This document shows, one piece after another, positions 1-9,177 of a stretch of 32,000 nucleotides of DNA. A program made the position numbers and the translations under genes. Origin of the DNA: Candidatus Scalindua sp. Lineage in GTDB: Bacteria; Planctomycetota; Brocadiia; Brocadiales; Scalinduaceae. Within the stretch, counting starts at the first letter, position 1, and every line of letters begins with the position of its first letter. The stretch spans positions 2,400,001-2,432,000 of the forward strand of contig JALDRA010000001.1 of assembly GCA_031316235.1 (NCBI GenBank). Direction: 5' to 3'. The notes below the pieces were generated by a model. The model was given only the letters and a program-made list of their open reading frames with translations, did not search any database and was not told the DNA's origin.

Positions 1-415
1 GTATATCCTGTTGCGGGCCAATAGCCCAGATAATTTCTGTCGTAAACCTCCTGGTAAGACTCTCTATCTCCTTTTCCGACATCTCTTTCGGATTACAGCA
101 TACACCGCCCTTGGCTCCACCGTACGGCAGCTGCATCAATCCACATTTCCAGCTCATCAACATCGCCAGGGCGCTTACCTCTTCAAGGGTCACGTTCGGA
201 TGATAACGGATACCGCCCTTTGATGGCCCCAGGGTAACATCATGCTGCACCCGGTAACCCATAAACACCTTGTTTTTTCCCGTATCCATTTTAGTGGGAA
301 TAGATACAATGAGTGAGCGTTTAGGATATCGTAATCTCTCTCGAATTGCATCATCCAGCTCAAGCTTATCAGCAACGAGGTCATATTGTTTTAAAACCGA
401 CAGTAAAAAAGACAT
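1..415 (-). CDS. gdhA: Glutamate dehydrogenase (Glu/Leu/Phe/Val dehydrogenase family), N-terminal part; the gene runs off the left edge
   Basis: My own minus-strand translation from the ATG at 415-413 gives MSFLLSVLKQYDLVADKLELDDAIRERLRYPKRSLIVSIPTKMDTGKNKVFMGYRVQHDVTLGPSKGGIRYHPNVTLEEVSALAMLMSWKCGLMQLPYGGAKGG. It carries the family hallmarks GPxKGGIRYHP and PYGGAKGG. It is absent from the ORF track because no stop lies in the window. Confidence 0.85.
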   Translation of the reverse strand, partial: MSFLLSVLKQYDLVADKLELDDAIRERLRYPKRSLIVSIPTKMDTGKNKVFMGYRVQHDVTLGPSKGGIRYHPNVTLEEVSALAMLMSWKCGLMQLPYGGAKGGVCCNPKEMSEKEIESLTRRFTTEIIWAIGPQQDI

Positions 416-644
416 AATTGCAGCAGTTCTCCACTTTTTACAGGTGAGAGATACGCAGCTCCCTGGTCTTTTAAAAAAAGAGGACGGGAGCTGGAGGGTT
501 TCGAAGTATTTGTAATCGTACCTTTATAGAGTGTTTTTTACTGATAATCAATATTTTTTCTCACGGTTTTCCATAGATTTGCCTTCAATCAGGAGATAGA
601 GCTCTCTTTTCAGAGAAACTGAAATTTTATCAAGCAGGAGAGTT

Positions 645-1091
645 TCATAATGTTGATTTGAAATCCTCAAAAGCATCTATCAGCGTTTTCAGCGATGAAA
701 ACATCTCTTTTGTCCCGTTACCCTCAACTTTCTCCTTAACGGCCTCAAAGTATTTGTCTTTAAACTCCTCGATATCCTTTGTTAACTTCTTTCCCTTGTT
801 GGTTAGTTTCACCACTACTACGCGCCTGTCGCATGTATCGCCCCCTCTTTCGACGAGCTCATCTTTAATGAGATTATCAACTATGCGTGTCATAGTGCTC
901 GAAGTCAGAAACATCTGCTCGCTTAACTCACTCATCTTCAGACTCTTTTTATCTTTTAACGTGCTGAGTGTCTGCGCCCTTGTTGAAGATATGCAGAATT
1001 TGGTTTCCATCTCCTTATCAAGCATGTTTATACTGCTCAAGAGGCCTTTCATCAGATATCTAAATCCCTCACTATTGAAATTGCTTTTCAT
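645..1091 (-). CDS. MarR-family transcriptional regulator
   Basis: This is ORF 645..1256(-). The likely true start is M56 (MKSNFNSEGF..., ATG at 1091). A winged-helix pattern is present: SELSEQMFLTSSTMTRIVDNLIKDELVERGGDTCDRRVVVVKLTNKGKKL. Confidence 0.75.
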   Translation of the reverse strand: MKSNFNSEGFRYLMKGLLSSINMLDKEMETKFCISSTRAQTLSTLKDKKSLKMSELSEQMFLTSSTMTRIVDNLIKDELVERGGDTCDRRVVVVKLTNKGKKLTKDIEEFKDKYFEAVKEKVEGNGTKEMFSSLKTLIDAFEDFKSTL

Positions 1092-1412
1092 TGTAGTTCC
1101 TTTCAAAGGGCAAATTTTGTATGTTTCCCAATTTGTATATAACAAATATAATCTGAGTTTTGTTCCACTGTAATTTCCTTTGTATTGTGTAGATAACGTA
1201 AAAACGGCTGCTCTCCAGAGACAAAGGAAAGCATTAGTACTTGAAAAAAATGGCACAAAGAAATAAAATACATACTATTACGAGCTTTCACTATGTCAAC
1301 TGCTGCCTGCGGGAGGAATATTTCAAAAAAGAACAGAGAACTATCCGCCTCACTCTCTGCAACGGGAGGATAGAATGACAGGAGATCACTTTTATTTATC
1401 AATTTTTATGAT

Positions 1413-2888
1413 TTGACTATGACTATTATGGGTAATTATGAAAGGCTTTTAGAAACATATAAGAAATCAACAATTCTTGAATCTATTGCCGAGGTTCTCC
1501 AATGGGACCAGGAAGTGATGATGCCGGAGGGCGCTTTGCCGGTACGGGCACAGCAGAGCTCTGCTCTGGCAGCACTGGAACACGACATCCTGACATCTGA
1601 TGAGATGAACGTCCAGCTTGTATCAGTAGAACAGGAAAATCTGGATCTTGACCAGGCTGCAAATGTGCGGGAGATTAAGAGAAATTTTGAACGTGCCAGG
1701 AAAGTTCCGAATGCATTAGTTCAGGAATTACGCGAAACCGCAATAACGGGTGTCGAATCCTGGAAAGCAGCTCGGAAGGGGAACGATTTCAAGATATTTT
1801 TACCCTCTCTCAGGAATGTTTTCGCCTTATCAAGAAAAGTTGCGGAATGGATAGACCCAGACAAACATCCGTATGAAGTTCTCCTTGAAAGTTACGAGCA
1901 GGATATGTCTATAGAGGAGATTAAAAGTCATCTCAATACAATAAAAGAGCATTTTGTCCCTCTTATTGCCGGGATTAAGGGCCAGGAAATAGACGATTCC
2001 CTGATTACCAGAGAGGTTGATGTTGAAAAGCAGATCGAGTTTAACCGTTTTATTGCCAAAGCAATCGGTTATGATTTCTCCAAAGGAAGATTAGACGTTT
2101 CAGAACATCCGTTTACATCCTGTTATGGCAGAATTACGACAAGATATAACACAGGATGGTGGTCAGCTATCTCCGGGACCATACACGAGGCTGGTCATGG
2201 TATGTACGAGCATCATTTACCTCTCAAATCTTTTGGCCTTCCTCTCGGACAGTATTGTTCCATGAGTGTTCATGAATCTCAATCGAGGCTTTGGGAAAAC
2301 AATGTCGGTAAATCGAAACCGTTCTGGAAAAAGTTTTTCCCTGATCTCAGAAATTCGTACGGTTTCGATGTTGATTTAGAGGAATTCTATAGAATTATAA
2401 ACAAGGCAGAACCGAACTTCATAAGAATTGAAGCTGATGAACTGACCTATAACCTGCACATCATTCTCAGGTTTGAAATTGAACTTGGCCTGATTGAAGG
2501 CAAGATACACTTTGACGAGCTTCCTGAAGTCTGGAATCAGAAATTCAAGGAGTATCTTGGTATTGTTCCTCCTGCTGATTCCCTTGGCGTGTTGCAGGAT
2601 ATTCATTGGGCCTGGGGCAATATCGGCTATTTTCCCACGTATACGCTAGGAAGTATGATAGCGGCGCAACTGTTTGCTGCCGCTGAAAATGATATCCCTG
2701 GTTTGGCGGGCAGCATAGAGCAGGGTAAATTTGAGGAACTGAGATCCTGGCTCAACAGAAACATATGGAGTCACGGGAAAAGGTATTTGACCCGGGAGTT
2801 GATAAGGAGGGCCACGGGAAAAGATCCGGCCCCGGACGATTATATAGACTATCTCAAAAGTAAGTATTCAGAAATCTATACGCTGTGA
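1413..2888 (+). CDS. Carboxypeptidase, M32 family (Taq-type metallocarboxypeptidase)
   Basis: 491-aa ORF with HEAGHGMYE (HExxH), HESQSRLWEN and IEADELTYNLHIILRFEIE, all typical of peptidase M32. Confidence 0.9.
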   Translation: MTMTIMGNYERLLETYKKSTILESIAEVLQWDQEVMMPEGALPVRAQQSSALAALEHDILTSDEMNVQLVSVEQENLDLDQAANVREIKRNFERARKVPNALVQELRETAITGVESWKAARKGNDFKIFLPSLRNVFALSRKVAEWIDPDKHPYEVLLESYEQDMSIEEIKSHLNTIKEHFVPLIAGIKGQEIDDSLITREVDVEKQIEFNRFIAKAIGYDFSKGRLDVSEHPFTSCYGRITTRYNTGWWSAISGTIHEAGHGMYEHHLPLKSFGLPLGQYCSMSVHESQSRLWENNVGKSKPFWKKFFPDLRNSYGFDVDLEEFYRIINKAEPNFIRIEADELTYNLHIILRFEIELGLIEGKIHFDELPEVWNQKFKEYLGIVPPADSLGVLQDIHWAWGNIGYFPTYTLGSMIAAQLFAAAENDIPGLAGSIEQGKFEELRSWLNRNIWSHGKRYLTRELIRRATGKDPAPDDYIDYLKSKYSEIYTL

Positions 2889-2910
2889 TGAAGATTATTC
2901 CATTGGGTTA

Positions 2911-3870
2911 ATGATGAGAACAAGACTGTTTCCCCCGGTAAAACCGTATCACACAGGTTTCCTCAGAGTCTCAAAACTTCACACGTTATTTTACGAAGAG
3001 GCAGGGAATCCTCAGGGAAAGCCGGTAATTTTTCTCCACGGAGGTCCCGGGGTCGGTATTCTTCCGGCTTACCGGAGATTCTTCGATCCTGAATTTTACC
3101 GGGTCGTCCTTCTCGATCAGCGGGGGTCGGGGAAAAGCACACCTTTTGCTGAATTGCGCGAGAATACAACGTGGCATCTCGTTGAAGATCTTGAGAAACT
3201 CCGGAAGCATCTCAAGATCGATAGATGGATCGTGACAGGTGGAAGCTGGGGGAGCACGCTTGCCCTCGCATACGCCCAGTGCTATCCAGAAAGCGTAAAG
3301 GGAATGATAATACGAGGTGTGTTTACGGCTCGTGCCTCTGAAAATGAGTGGCTCTTTTCTGAAAAAGGAGCAGGTCAGATATGGCCGGATGAATTTGAAA
3401 AATTCCTCTCAATCTTAAGGAAAGCAGAAAAGAGAGAGATTCTCAAATCATATGGTAAACGGCTTACTTCAAAAAACAGCGACATTGCATGGGAGGCAGC
3501 TCAGTCTTTCGCGAACTGGGAAGGTACCATAATGAATCTCGTGCCGGATGAGAAGAAAAAGAGCTCATTTCTGACGAAGGAGCGTACAATTGCCTTTGCA
3601 ACAATAGAGTGTTACTACGCACTGCACAATTTTTTCATGAAATCGAAAAAAAACGGTCTGTTCCAGAATATGAACAGCATTAGAAACATTCCCTTAACCA
3701 TTGTTCAAGGCCGCTACGATACCATCTGCCCTGTGCGGTCTGCCTATGATCTCCACAAATTCCTCCCCAATTCAAAACTCACTATTGTTCCTACCGGCTC
3801 CCATTCACCTCTGGAGGCTTCGATGAGAAAGGCCTTAATCAAGGAGAGCGAAGAGTTTAAAAACCTTTGA
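2911..3870 (+). CDS. pip: Prolyl aminopeptidase (proline iminopeptidase), alpha/beta hydrolase
   Basis: 319-aa ORF with PYHTGFL...LHGGPGVG, LLDQRGSGKS and the nucleophile elbow GGSWGSTLALAYA. Confidence 0.9.
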   Translation: MMRTRLFPPVKPYHTGFLRVSKLHTLFYEEAGNPQGKPVIFLHGGPGVGILPAYRRFFDPEFYRVVLLDQRGSGKSTPFAELRENTTWHLVEDLEKLRKHLKIDRWIVTGGSWGSTLALAYAQCYPESVKGMIIRGVFTARASENEWLFSEKGAGQIWPDEFEKFLSILRKAEKREILKSYGKRLTSKNSDIAWEAAQSFANWEGTIMNLVPDEKKKSSFLTKERTIAFATIECYYALHNFFMKSKKNGLFQNMNSIRNIPLTIVQGRYDTICPVRSAYDLHKFLPNSKLTIVPTGSHSPLEASMRKALIKESEEFKNL

Positions 3871-3980
3871 TGAGCAATCTTTTGTAAGGGAAATCAAAAT
3901 GCAGTTTTGGTCGACTTATTTATTGCAAAGTAATCGGATATATGGCTTGTGGTGACTGGCCTCCTGAATCGTGGCTGAGG

Positions 3981-4120
3981 TATACTAAAACCGATCTGGT
4001 TTTCGGTTTTACCGGCAACCAGATCCTGGTTAATGGTATCCCCGGACAAAAAGCGCCGAGGACTTTACTCGCTCAATTTTATCTCGGATTTTATCCGAAA
4101 ACCATTGGAAGGTGAGTATA
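3981..4120 (+). repeat. AT-rich structured MITE/REP-like element, full-length copy A (about 140 bp)
   Basis: Ends are tatactaaaaccg...gtgagtata. Internal hairpins are aaaaccga/tcggtttt, aaccag/ctggtt and tcggat/atccga. It matches the reverse complement of 19058-19195 almost base for base and shares ends with copies at 20640, 22028, 23820 and 29495. Confidence 0.8.
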
Positions 4121-4284
4121 GCAGTGGTATGGTGAGGGAGGGGACTTTTTCGGTGTTCAGGACATATTATGTCCATTTAACGTGGTTAACTAGATCGCAA
4201 TGACAATTGCATTGATTCCTGGAATTGTCCTCTTGAAGATTTTCGAGAATTTACAACGCAAAGTACAAACGAGAGAGTGAAAGT

Positions 4285-5145
4285 ATGAAAATCAAGTTGA
4301 TATCTTTTATGGTCCTAAGTTTATTAAGTGTTCAATCAGTATTGATTGCTCAACAGACGAAAGGGCCTTTCCGGAAGGTAGACCAGGAAATCCTTGAGCG
4401 CGCAATGGAGATGGTTTTGAAGAAGGATATCGGTCCGGAACCTGCCTATGATCCAAAAGCCACTCCAAACGGTGTTAGATACCAGATAGATGTTCTTGTT
4501 TATCTCTTAGAAAATGAGGTAAGACAAGATCACGAATCTCCGGAAGTAAAACTCCCTCTTCTTATCGGTTATAAAGAGTGGTATGAGGCTTTTAAGAGTG
4601 TGAATTGCCAGGATCAAGATATCCCTGAATATGTAGATAGAGCGTACGAATTTAAGCAGAATATGGTAATCGACTATAATCGGAGCAAAGTAATTAAAGA
4701 AACATATGATACCGATAACCCATATCTGGCTGCTAATATTACGCTCTTTTGGAAATCCCCGGAAAAGAGTTTATCTTATGAAGACTTAGATTCAAAACCA
4801 CCACTGAAAGTTATTTATGAGAGAGTAATGACTTATCGGTTTCTTAAATACAAAGATGATAATCTTGTTGTATATGACCAGATAAAGGGACTAAAAGGAA
4901 AAGCCCTTGAAGGTTTTCTTAGAATCTTTGGGAAGATCCAGATGACACAATATCGAACCATAGCAGTAAAAGATGGGCCGCAGTATGTATTAGTGGAGGT
5001 AGCGAAATTTCGGTGGCTTTTCGGTTCGAAGAAAGATCTGACTATAACGCCTGACGGGGTTACTCTGGAAGGTGTACCGGAAAAAGAGAAACAGAGACTT
5101 CACCGCGAAATCAAAATTCAGTACGAACCCCTGAATCCAGGGTAA
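4285..5145 (+). CDS. Hypothetical secreted protein (N-terminal signal peptide)
   Basis: 286-aa ORF with the hydrophobic N-terminus MKIKLISFMVLSLLSVQSVLIAQQ. I recognise no family. Confidence 0.55.
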   Translation: MKIKLISFMVLSLLSVQSVLIAQQTKGPFRKVDQEILERAMEMVLKKDIGPEPAYDPKATPNGVRYQIDVLVYLLENEVRQDHESPEVKLPLLIGYKEWYEAFKSVNCQDQDIPEYVDRAYEFKQNMVIDYNRSKVIKETYDTDNPYLAANITLFWKSPEKSLSYEDLDSKPPLKVIYERVMTYRFLKYKDDNLVVYDQIKGLKGKALEGFLRIFGKIQMTQYRTIAVKDGPQYVLVEVAKFRWLFGSKKDLTITPDGVTLEGVPEKEKQRLHREIKIQYEPLNPG

Positions 5146-5244
5146 ATATTTTGGTTCTGTAAGCAGCCGTTTTCTGGCCGCTACCGCTTCCTCTGCACCC
5201 TTCGCGTCTTCTGACCGGAATTATTGTCTGGAGGGGGCGGTGCA

Positions 5245-5990
5245 GAGTCTTTTATATTGTAAAACAACCTGATATAGGTAAAGAGATTGATAATGCACTG
5301 GATGCCATTGAAAGGATTAATCCTTCACTGAAGGATGTTTTGCCGAAGGTCTATGCACGGCAGAATCTTGACCCAACAAATCTGGGTGGTTTAATTGACC
5401 TGGTTGGAAACATTGCCCTGGGAGATGCAAAGGCCAGAAGCGCAGATGTTCTGGGTCATGTATTTGAATATTTCCTTGGTGAATTTGCACTGGCAGAAGG
5501 TAAAACCAGGAACAGGGGGCACCTGATAAACCGCAGAACACGGAAACTGTCGGAGGAGGACATTATCTGCATATCTGAAACCTATCACAAGTGGAGGAGT
5601 GCACCCACCCCTGGCCCCTCCAGGGAGGGGAACATAATTGATGGCTCTTCCAGGGAGGGGGACATAATTTCTGGCCTGTCCCGTAAGGGGAGTATATCAG
5701 CTTCCGGGAAAAAGAAAAAATCTCTCCCCGGGGAGGGTGGCTCGGAGAGTCGGGAGGGGTACACAGACATTCCCGGTTTCTGTAACTCCGCATCGATTGA
5801 GAGGGTGAGGGAACTGGATTACGTGCTTACGCCGGGAAGATATGTTGGCCTGCCTGATGAAGAAGAAGAAGATTTTGATTTTAATGAACGGTTTACCACT
5901 TTGAAAAAAGAGTTTGAAGAGCAGTTGAAAGAGGAAGCGAGATTAAATGCACTGATTGCTGAGAATTTAAAAAAGGTGAAACTGTCATGA
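5245..5990 (+). pseudogene. hsdM: Type I R-M methylase subunit HsdM remnant: part of the N-terminal region joined directly to the C-terminal tail, with the AdoMet-MTase core missing
   Basis: KQPDIGKEIDNALDAIERINPSLKDVLPKVYAR...DVLGHVFEYFLGEFALAEGK matches the conserved HsdM N-region. It is followed at once by RNRGHLINRRTRKLSEEDI..TYHKWR...DIPGFCNSASIERVRELDYVLTPGRYVG, the HsdM C-terminus. The GGEFYTP and NPPF catalytic motifs are absent. The frame is open from 5163. Confidence 0.8.
5602..5759 (+). repeat. G-rich tandem-hairpin element, copy E1 (in frame inside the hsdM tail)
   Basis: It starts cacccacccctggcccctccagggagggg. Units of about 30-33 bp each carry a cccctcc/ggagggg palindrome. It lies between the conserved HsdM motifs TYHKWR and GYTDIPGFC and translates as PTPGPSREGNIIDGSSREGDIISGLSRKGS. 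Boundaries are approximate. Confidence 0.75.
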
Positions 5991-6360
5991 ATCATCCGCT
6001 GGCGAAAGAGAAGGATTATTCCGCATGGCTTAAGGAACTGAAAAATAAGGTTTGACTGGTTCAGATAAAAGCGGCTGTTAAAGTTAATACTGAGTTACTG
6101 CTGTTTTATTGGGAACTGGGGCGGCATATTGCAGATAAACAGAAGGATGCAAAGTGGTTTGAAGGTTTTCTGAAGCAATTAAGCATTGATTTAATGGTTG
6201 AATTTCCAGATATGAAGGATTTTTCTTTAAGCAATCTAAAATATATCAAACAGTGGTATACTTTATTAGAATTCGAAAATAGCCAACAAGCCCTTGCCTA
6301 TTTAACACAAATCCCGTGGGGACACAATATTGTCATCATATCAAAGTGTAAAAACCCCGA
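5987..6360 (+). pseudogene. DUF1016/YhcG-like nuclease, N-terminal fragment with an in-frame TGA, 3'-truncated
   Basis: MNHPLAKEKDYSAWLKELKNKV*LVQIKAAVKVNTELLLFYWELGRHIADKQ...LSIDLMVEFPDMKDFSLSNLKYIKQWY...IPWGHNIVII matches my recollection of the DUF1016 N-terminal pattern. The TGA is at 6053-6055. Homology stops at about 6360, where hsdM-tail sequence resumes in the same frame. Confidence 0.7.
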
Positions 6361-6859
6361 TGAAGACATTACCTGCATATCTGAAACTTACCACAAGTGG
6401 AGGTATGAACCCACCCTTAGCCCCTCCCAGGAGGGGAACATTACTTCTGGCTCCTTCCAGGTGGAGAACGTGTCTTCCTTCCCCTCCCAGGAGGGGAATA
6501 TATCTCTCCCTGGAAAGGGAAATAAGCCTCATACCGGGAAAAGGAAATGTTCCTGTCCAGGTAAGGGTGTGTTGGGGAGCCGAGAAAAGTCCCTCCCTTG
6601 GGAGGGTGGCTCGGAGAGACGGGAGGGGTGCACGGGTATAACGGGTTTTTGTAACTCTGTAACAATGGAAAAGGTAAGAGAACTGGATTACGTGCTTACG
6701 CCGGGAAGGTATGTTGGCCTGCCCGATGACGAAGATGATTTTGATTTTAATGAACGGTTTACCACTTTGAAAAAAGAGTTTGAAGAGCAGTTGAAAGAGG
6801 AAGCGAGGCTGAATAAACGTATTGATGAGAATTTGAAAAAAATTAAGATCAATGAATGA
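6361..6859 (+). pseudogene. hsdM: Second, paralogous copy of the HsdM C-terminal tail (5'-truncated), overlapping the hsdS start
   Basis: DITCISETYHKWR...GITGFCNSVTMEKVRELDYVLTPGRYVGLPDDEDDFDFNERFTTLKKEFEEQLKEEARLN aligns by eye with 5556-5990 in DNA and protein, apart from the inserted element. It ends in ATGAATGA, overlapping hsdS. Confidence 0.8.
6408..6628 (+). repeat. G-rich tandem-hairpin element, copy E2 (same site in the second hsdM tail, longer)
   Basis: It starts aacccacccttagcccctcccaggagggg and ends gagggtggctcggagagacgggagggg, the same right end as E1. It translates as PTLSPSQEGNITSGSFQVENVSSFPSQEGNISLPG. Boundaries are approximate. Confidence 0.75.
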
Positions 6860-7973
6860 GTGGAAAGAATTTTCAATTCTAGATTTCGCTGAAATACATA
6901 ATAATATCAGAGTTCCTCTCAGTAAAATGGAACGAATGAAAAGACAAGGTATTTTTCCTTATTACGGAGCATCTGGAATAATAGATCATGTTAATGATTT
7001 TTTGTTTGAAGGAGAGTTTGTTTTAATTTCAGAAGATGGTGAAAATTTGAGATCACGTCAAACACCAATTGCCTTTAAGGCAGATGGCTAATTTTGGGTT
7101 AATAATCATGCACATATTTTAAAAGGTAAAAAAAACTTTCACAATAACTTGCTAATTTATTACTTTCAGAATTTAGATCTAAATCCTTTTATCACTGGTG
7201 CCGTGCAGCCAAAACTTAATAAGGCTAATTTGCTTTCTATTCCAATATATCTACCTAAGGATGAAATCGAACAAAAAGCCATCGCCTCTATCCTTTCCAG
7301 TCTCGACGACAAAATAGACCTGCTCCACCGCCAGAACAAAACCCTCGAAGCTATAGCGGAAACACTCTTCAGGCAGTGGTTTGTAGAGGAAGCGGAAGAG
7401 GATTGGGAGGATGGTAAAATTCCAGATGAATTTGATTATGTAATGGGTGCCTCTCCACCAGAAGAAAGTTACAACGTGGAAGGAAAAGGTGTTCCAATGT
7501 TTCAAGGCAATGTTGATTTTGGATTTCGATTTCCTAAACAAAGGGTGTATACAAGAGACCCTAAGAGATTTGCCGAAAAATACGACACTCTTATTAGTGT
7601 TCGTGCTCCTGTAGGCGCTCAAAACATGGCTTATGTAAAATGTTGTATTGGCCGAGGGGTTGCTGCATTTAGATATAAACGCGAAGGTTCGTACTATACC
7701 TATACATATTTTAGATTAAAGTCTCTAATGGAGGAAATAAAGCAATTCAATGAGACAGGAACGGTTTTTGGTTCAATAAGCAAAGGGGATTTTGAAGTAT
7801 TTGAAATTGTTATTGCCCCAATAAACTTAGTCGATAAATTTCAAGCTGAAACAAAACCAATTGACGACAAGGTGATATCGAATTGTTTTCAAATTCTCAC
7901 GCTAGAAAAACTTAGAGATACTCTTTTACTGAAATTGATGAGTGGTGAAGTGAGAGTTGAATATGAAAATTGA
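6852..7973 (+). pseudogene. hsdS: Type I R-M specificity subunit HsdS with one in-frame TAA (7089-7091)
   Basis: ORFs 6852..7091 and 7149..7973 share one frame, and the only interruption is ...FKADG*FWVNNHAHILKG. Both target-recognition domains and the central and C-terminal conserved helices are present (LSSLDDKIDLLHRQNKTLEAIAETLFRQWFV, LEKLRDTLLLKLMSGEV). Confidence 0.85.
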
Positions 7974-9079
7974 TAATTATCAAAATGTAATTAGTTACTT
8001 AAATAAGAATAAAAGAGAAAAGCATCTCCTCCTTGGTAATGGATTTAGTATGTCTTATGATAAGAAAATATTTTCTTATAATGCTTTTAGTGACTTTATT
8101 AAAAAAACAGATAATCAATTACTACAAAAATTATTTGGCATTATAAATACTTGTAATTTCGAACTGATTATGAGCCAACTCGATGTTTTTTACCAACTTG
8201 CTGTTGAGTTTGTTGCGGATAAGGGTTTAGCAGATAAAATTACGATAGCTACGAAGTCTTTAAAAGAGAAGCTTGTTAATGCAATTTCCGAATTGCATCC
8301 TGAACAGGTTTTTAAAATACCAGCAGAACAGAGTCGCAACTGTGCTTTATTCCTTTCCAAATATGAAATGTATGGAAATTCAAAAGGGAAACGACTAATG
8401 GCTTTCTGGGAATTGGAAAGTAACCAGATAGTAGGAAAAATTATCAGTGAGTTAATTGAACATTGGCGGACTTCAAAAATGCTGTCCGATACTGAAATAA
8501 CAAAATCACAAGAAATACTTAGCAAAGATTGCCAAGTTATTGCTAACCGATTATTGGGGAGAATTCAAATTGAAACAGAAACTAATAAAAAAAGTGAAGA
8601 TGATTTCTTACAACGGAATTTTGAAAACGTCTCTTTAATAGGTTTAAATATTGAATGTGGATTAGTCAATGTTTTAGAGCAAAGAATATTTGAAATTCAA
8701 AAGAATCTTAAAAGTAGAGCTTCCCTTTCTGTTATCTTTTTATGTGGAAGTACGCTTGAAGGTATTCTCTTAGGTATCGCAACACGAAATCCAAAAAAGT
8801 TTAATCAAGCAACTGCCAGTCCGAAAGACAGAATATCAGGAAAAGTGATGAGCTTCCATGAGTGGTCATTACATAACATGATAAATGTTGCTTGCGAGGT
8901 TGGTCTTTTAGGATTAGACGTTAAGAAATTCAGTCATGCTTAGGGATTTTAGAAATTACATACATCCATATGAGCAATGGAGTTCAGGTTTTAATCCGGA
9001 TGAACATACCGCACTTATAAGTTGGCAAGTATTGAAAGCGGCCATTCATGATTTGAGTGGAAAGGGAGGCTGTGATTAA
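7957..9079 (+). pseudogene. Chimeric accessory gene: DUF4917-like N-terminus plus a HEPN-like C-terminus, with a +1 frameshift near 8938
   Basis: The N-terminus HLLLGNGFSMSYDKKIFSYNAF...CNFELIM...LKEKLVNAISELHPE resembles DUF4917 (from memory), but that family's later conserved core is missing. The ORF stops at 8943. The sequence continues in the +1 frame (8939-9079) as LRDFRNYIHPYEQWSSGFNPDEHTALISWQVLKAAIHDL, which carries an R-x(n)-H (RNxIHP) HEPN-type motif. Confidence 0.55.
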
Positions 9080-9177
9080 GAAAACAGAATATAGTCAATA
9101 GCAAATTAGCGTCCTCAAAAGACCACAGAATACTTTGTTGCCGAAATTGAAGGCCTGCAAGTGCTGGTTAAAAGAAT

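Noticed and set aside
658-1173. A 171-aa plus-strand ORF lies antisense to the MarR gene.
   Set aside because: Its translation is S/L/F-rich and low-complexity with no recognisable motif. The opposite strand encodes a clear MarR winged-helix protein.
5600-5760. The tandem palindromic units of about 30-33 bp (also at 6408-6628, 12205-12399 and 12781-12950) could be a mini CRISPR array.
   Set aside because: The period is only 30-33 bp in total, so there is no room for repeat plus spacer. The units are degenerate copies of one another with no unique spacers. They lie inside ORFs, and no cas genes or leader sequence are present.
5563-5793. Antisense ORFs run across the G-rich elements (5563..5793, 5585..5770, 6341..6532, 6441..6665, 12051..12341, 12155..12409, 12748..12972, all minus strand, plus 6330..6641 and 12791..13012 on the plus strand).
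   Set aside because: They are by-products of palindromic, stop-poor G/C-rich repeats, giving PPWRG / PLLGG-type low-complexity translations. They overlap better-supported frames.
5556-7973. The duplicated hsdM tails and hsdS pieces could be a phase-variable shufflon or a DGR template/variable repeat pair.
   Set aside because: The repeats are direct rather than inverted. No recombinase/invertase or reverse transcriptase lies nearby, and the differences are not adenine-specific.
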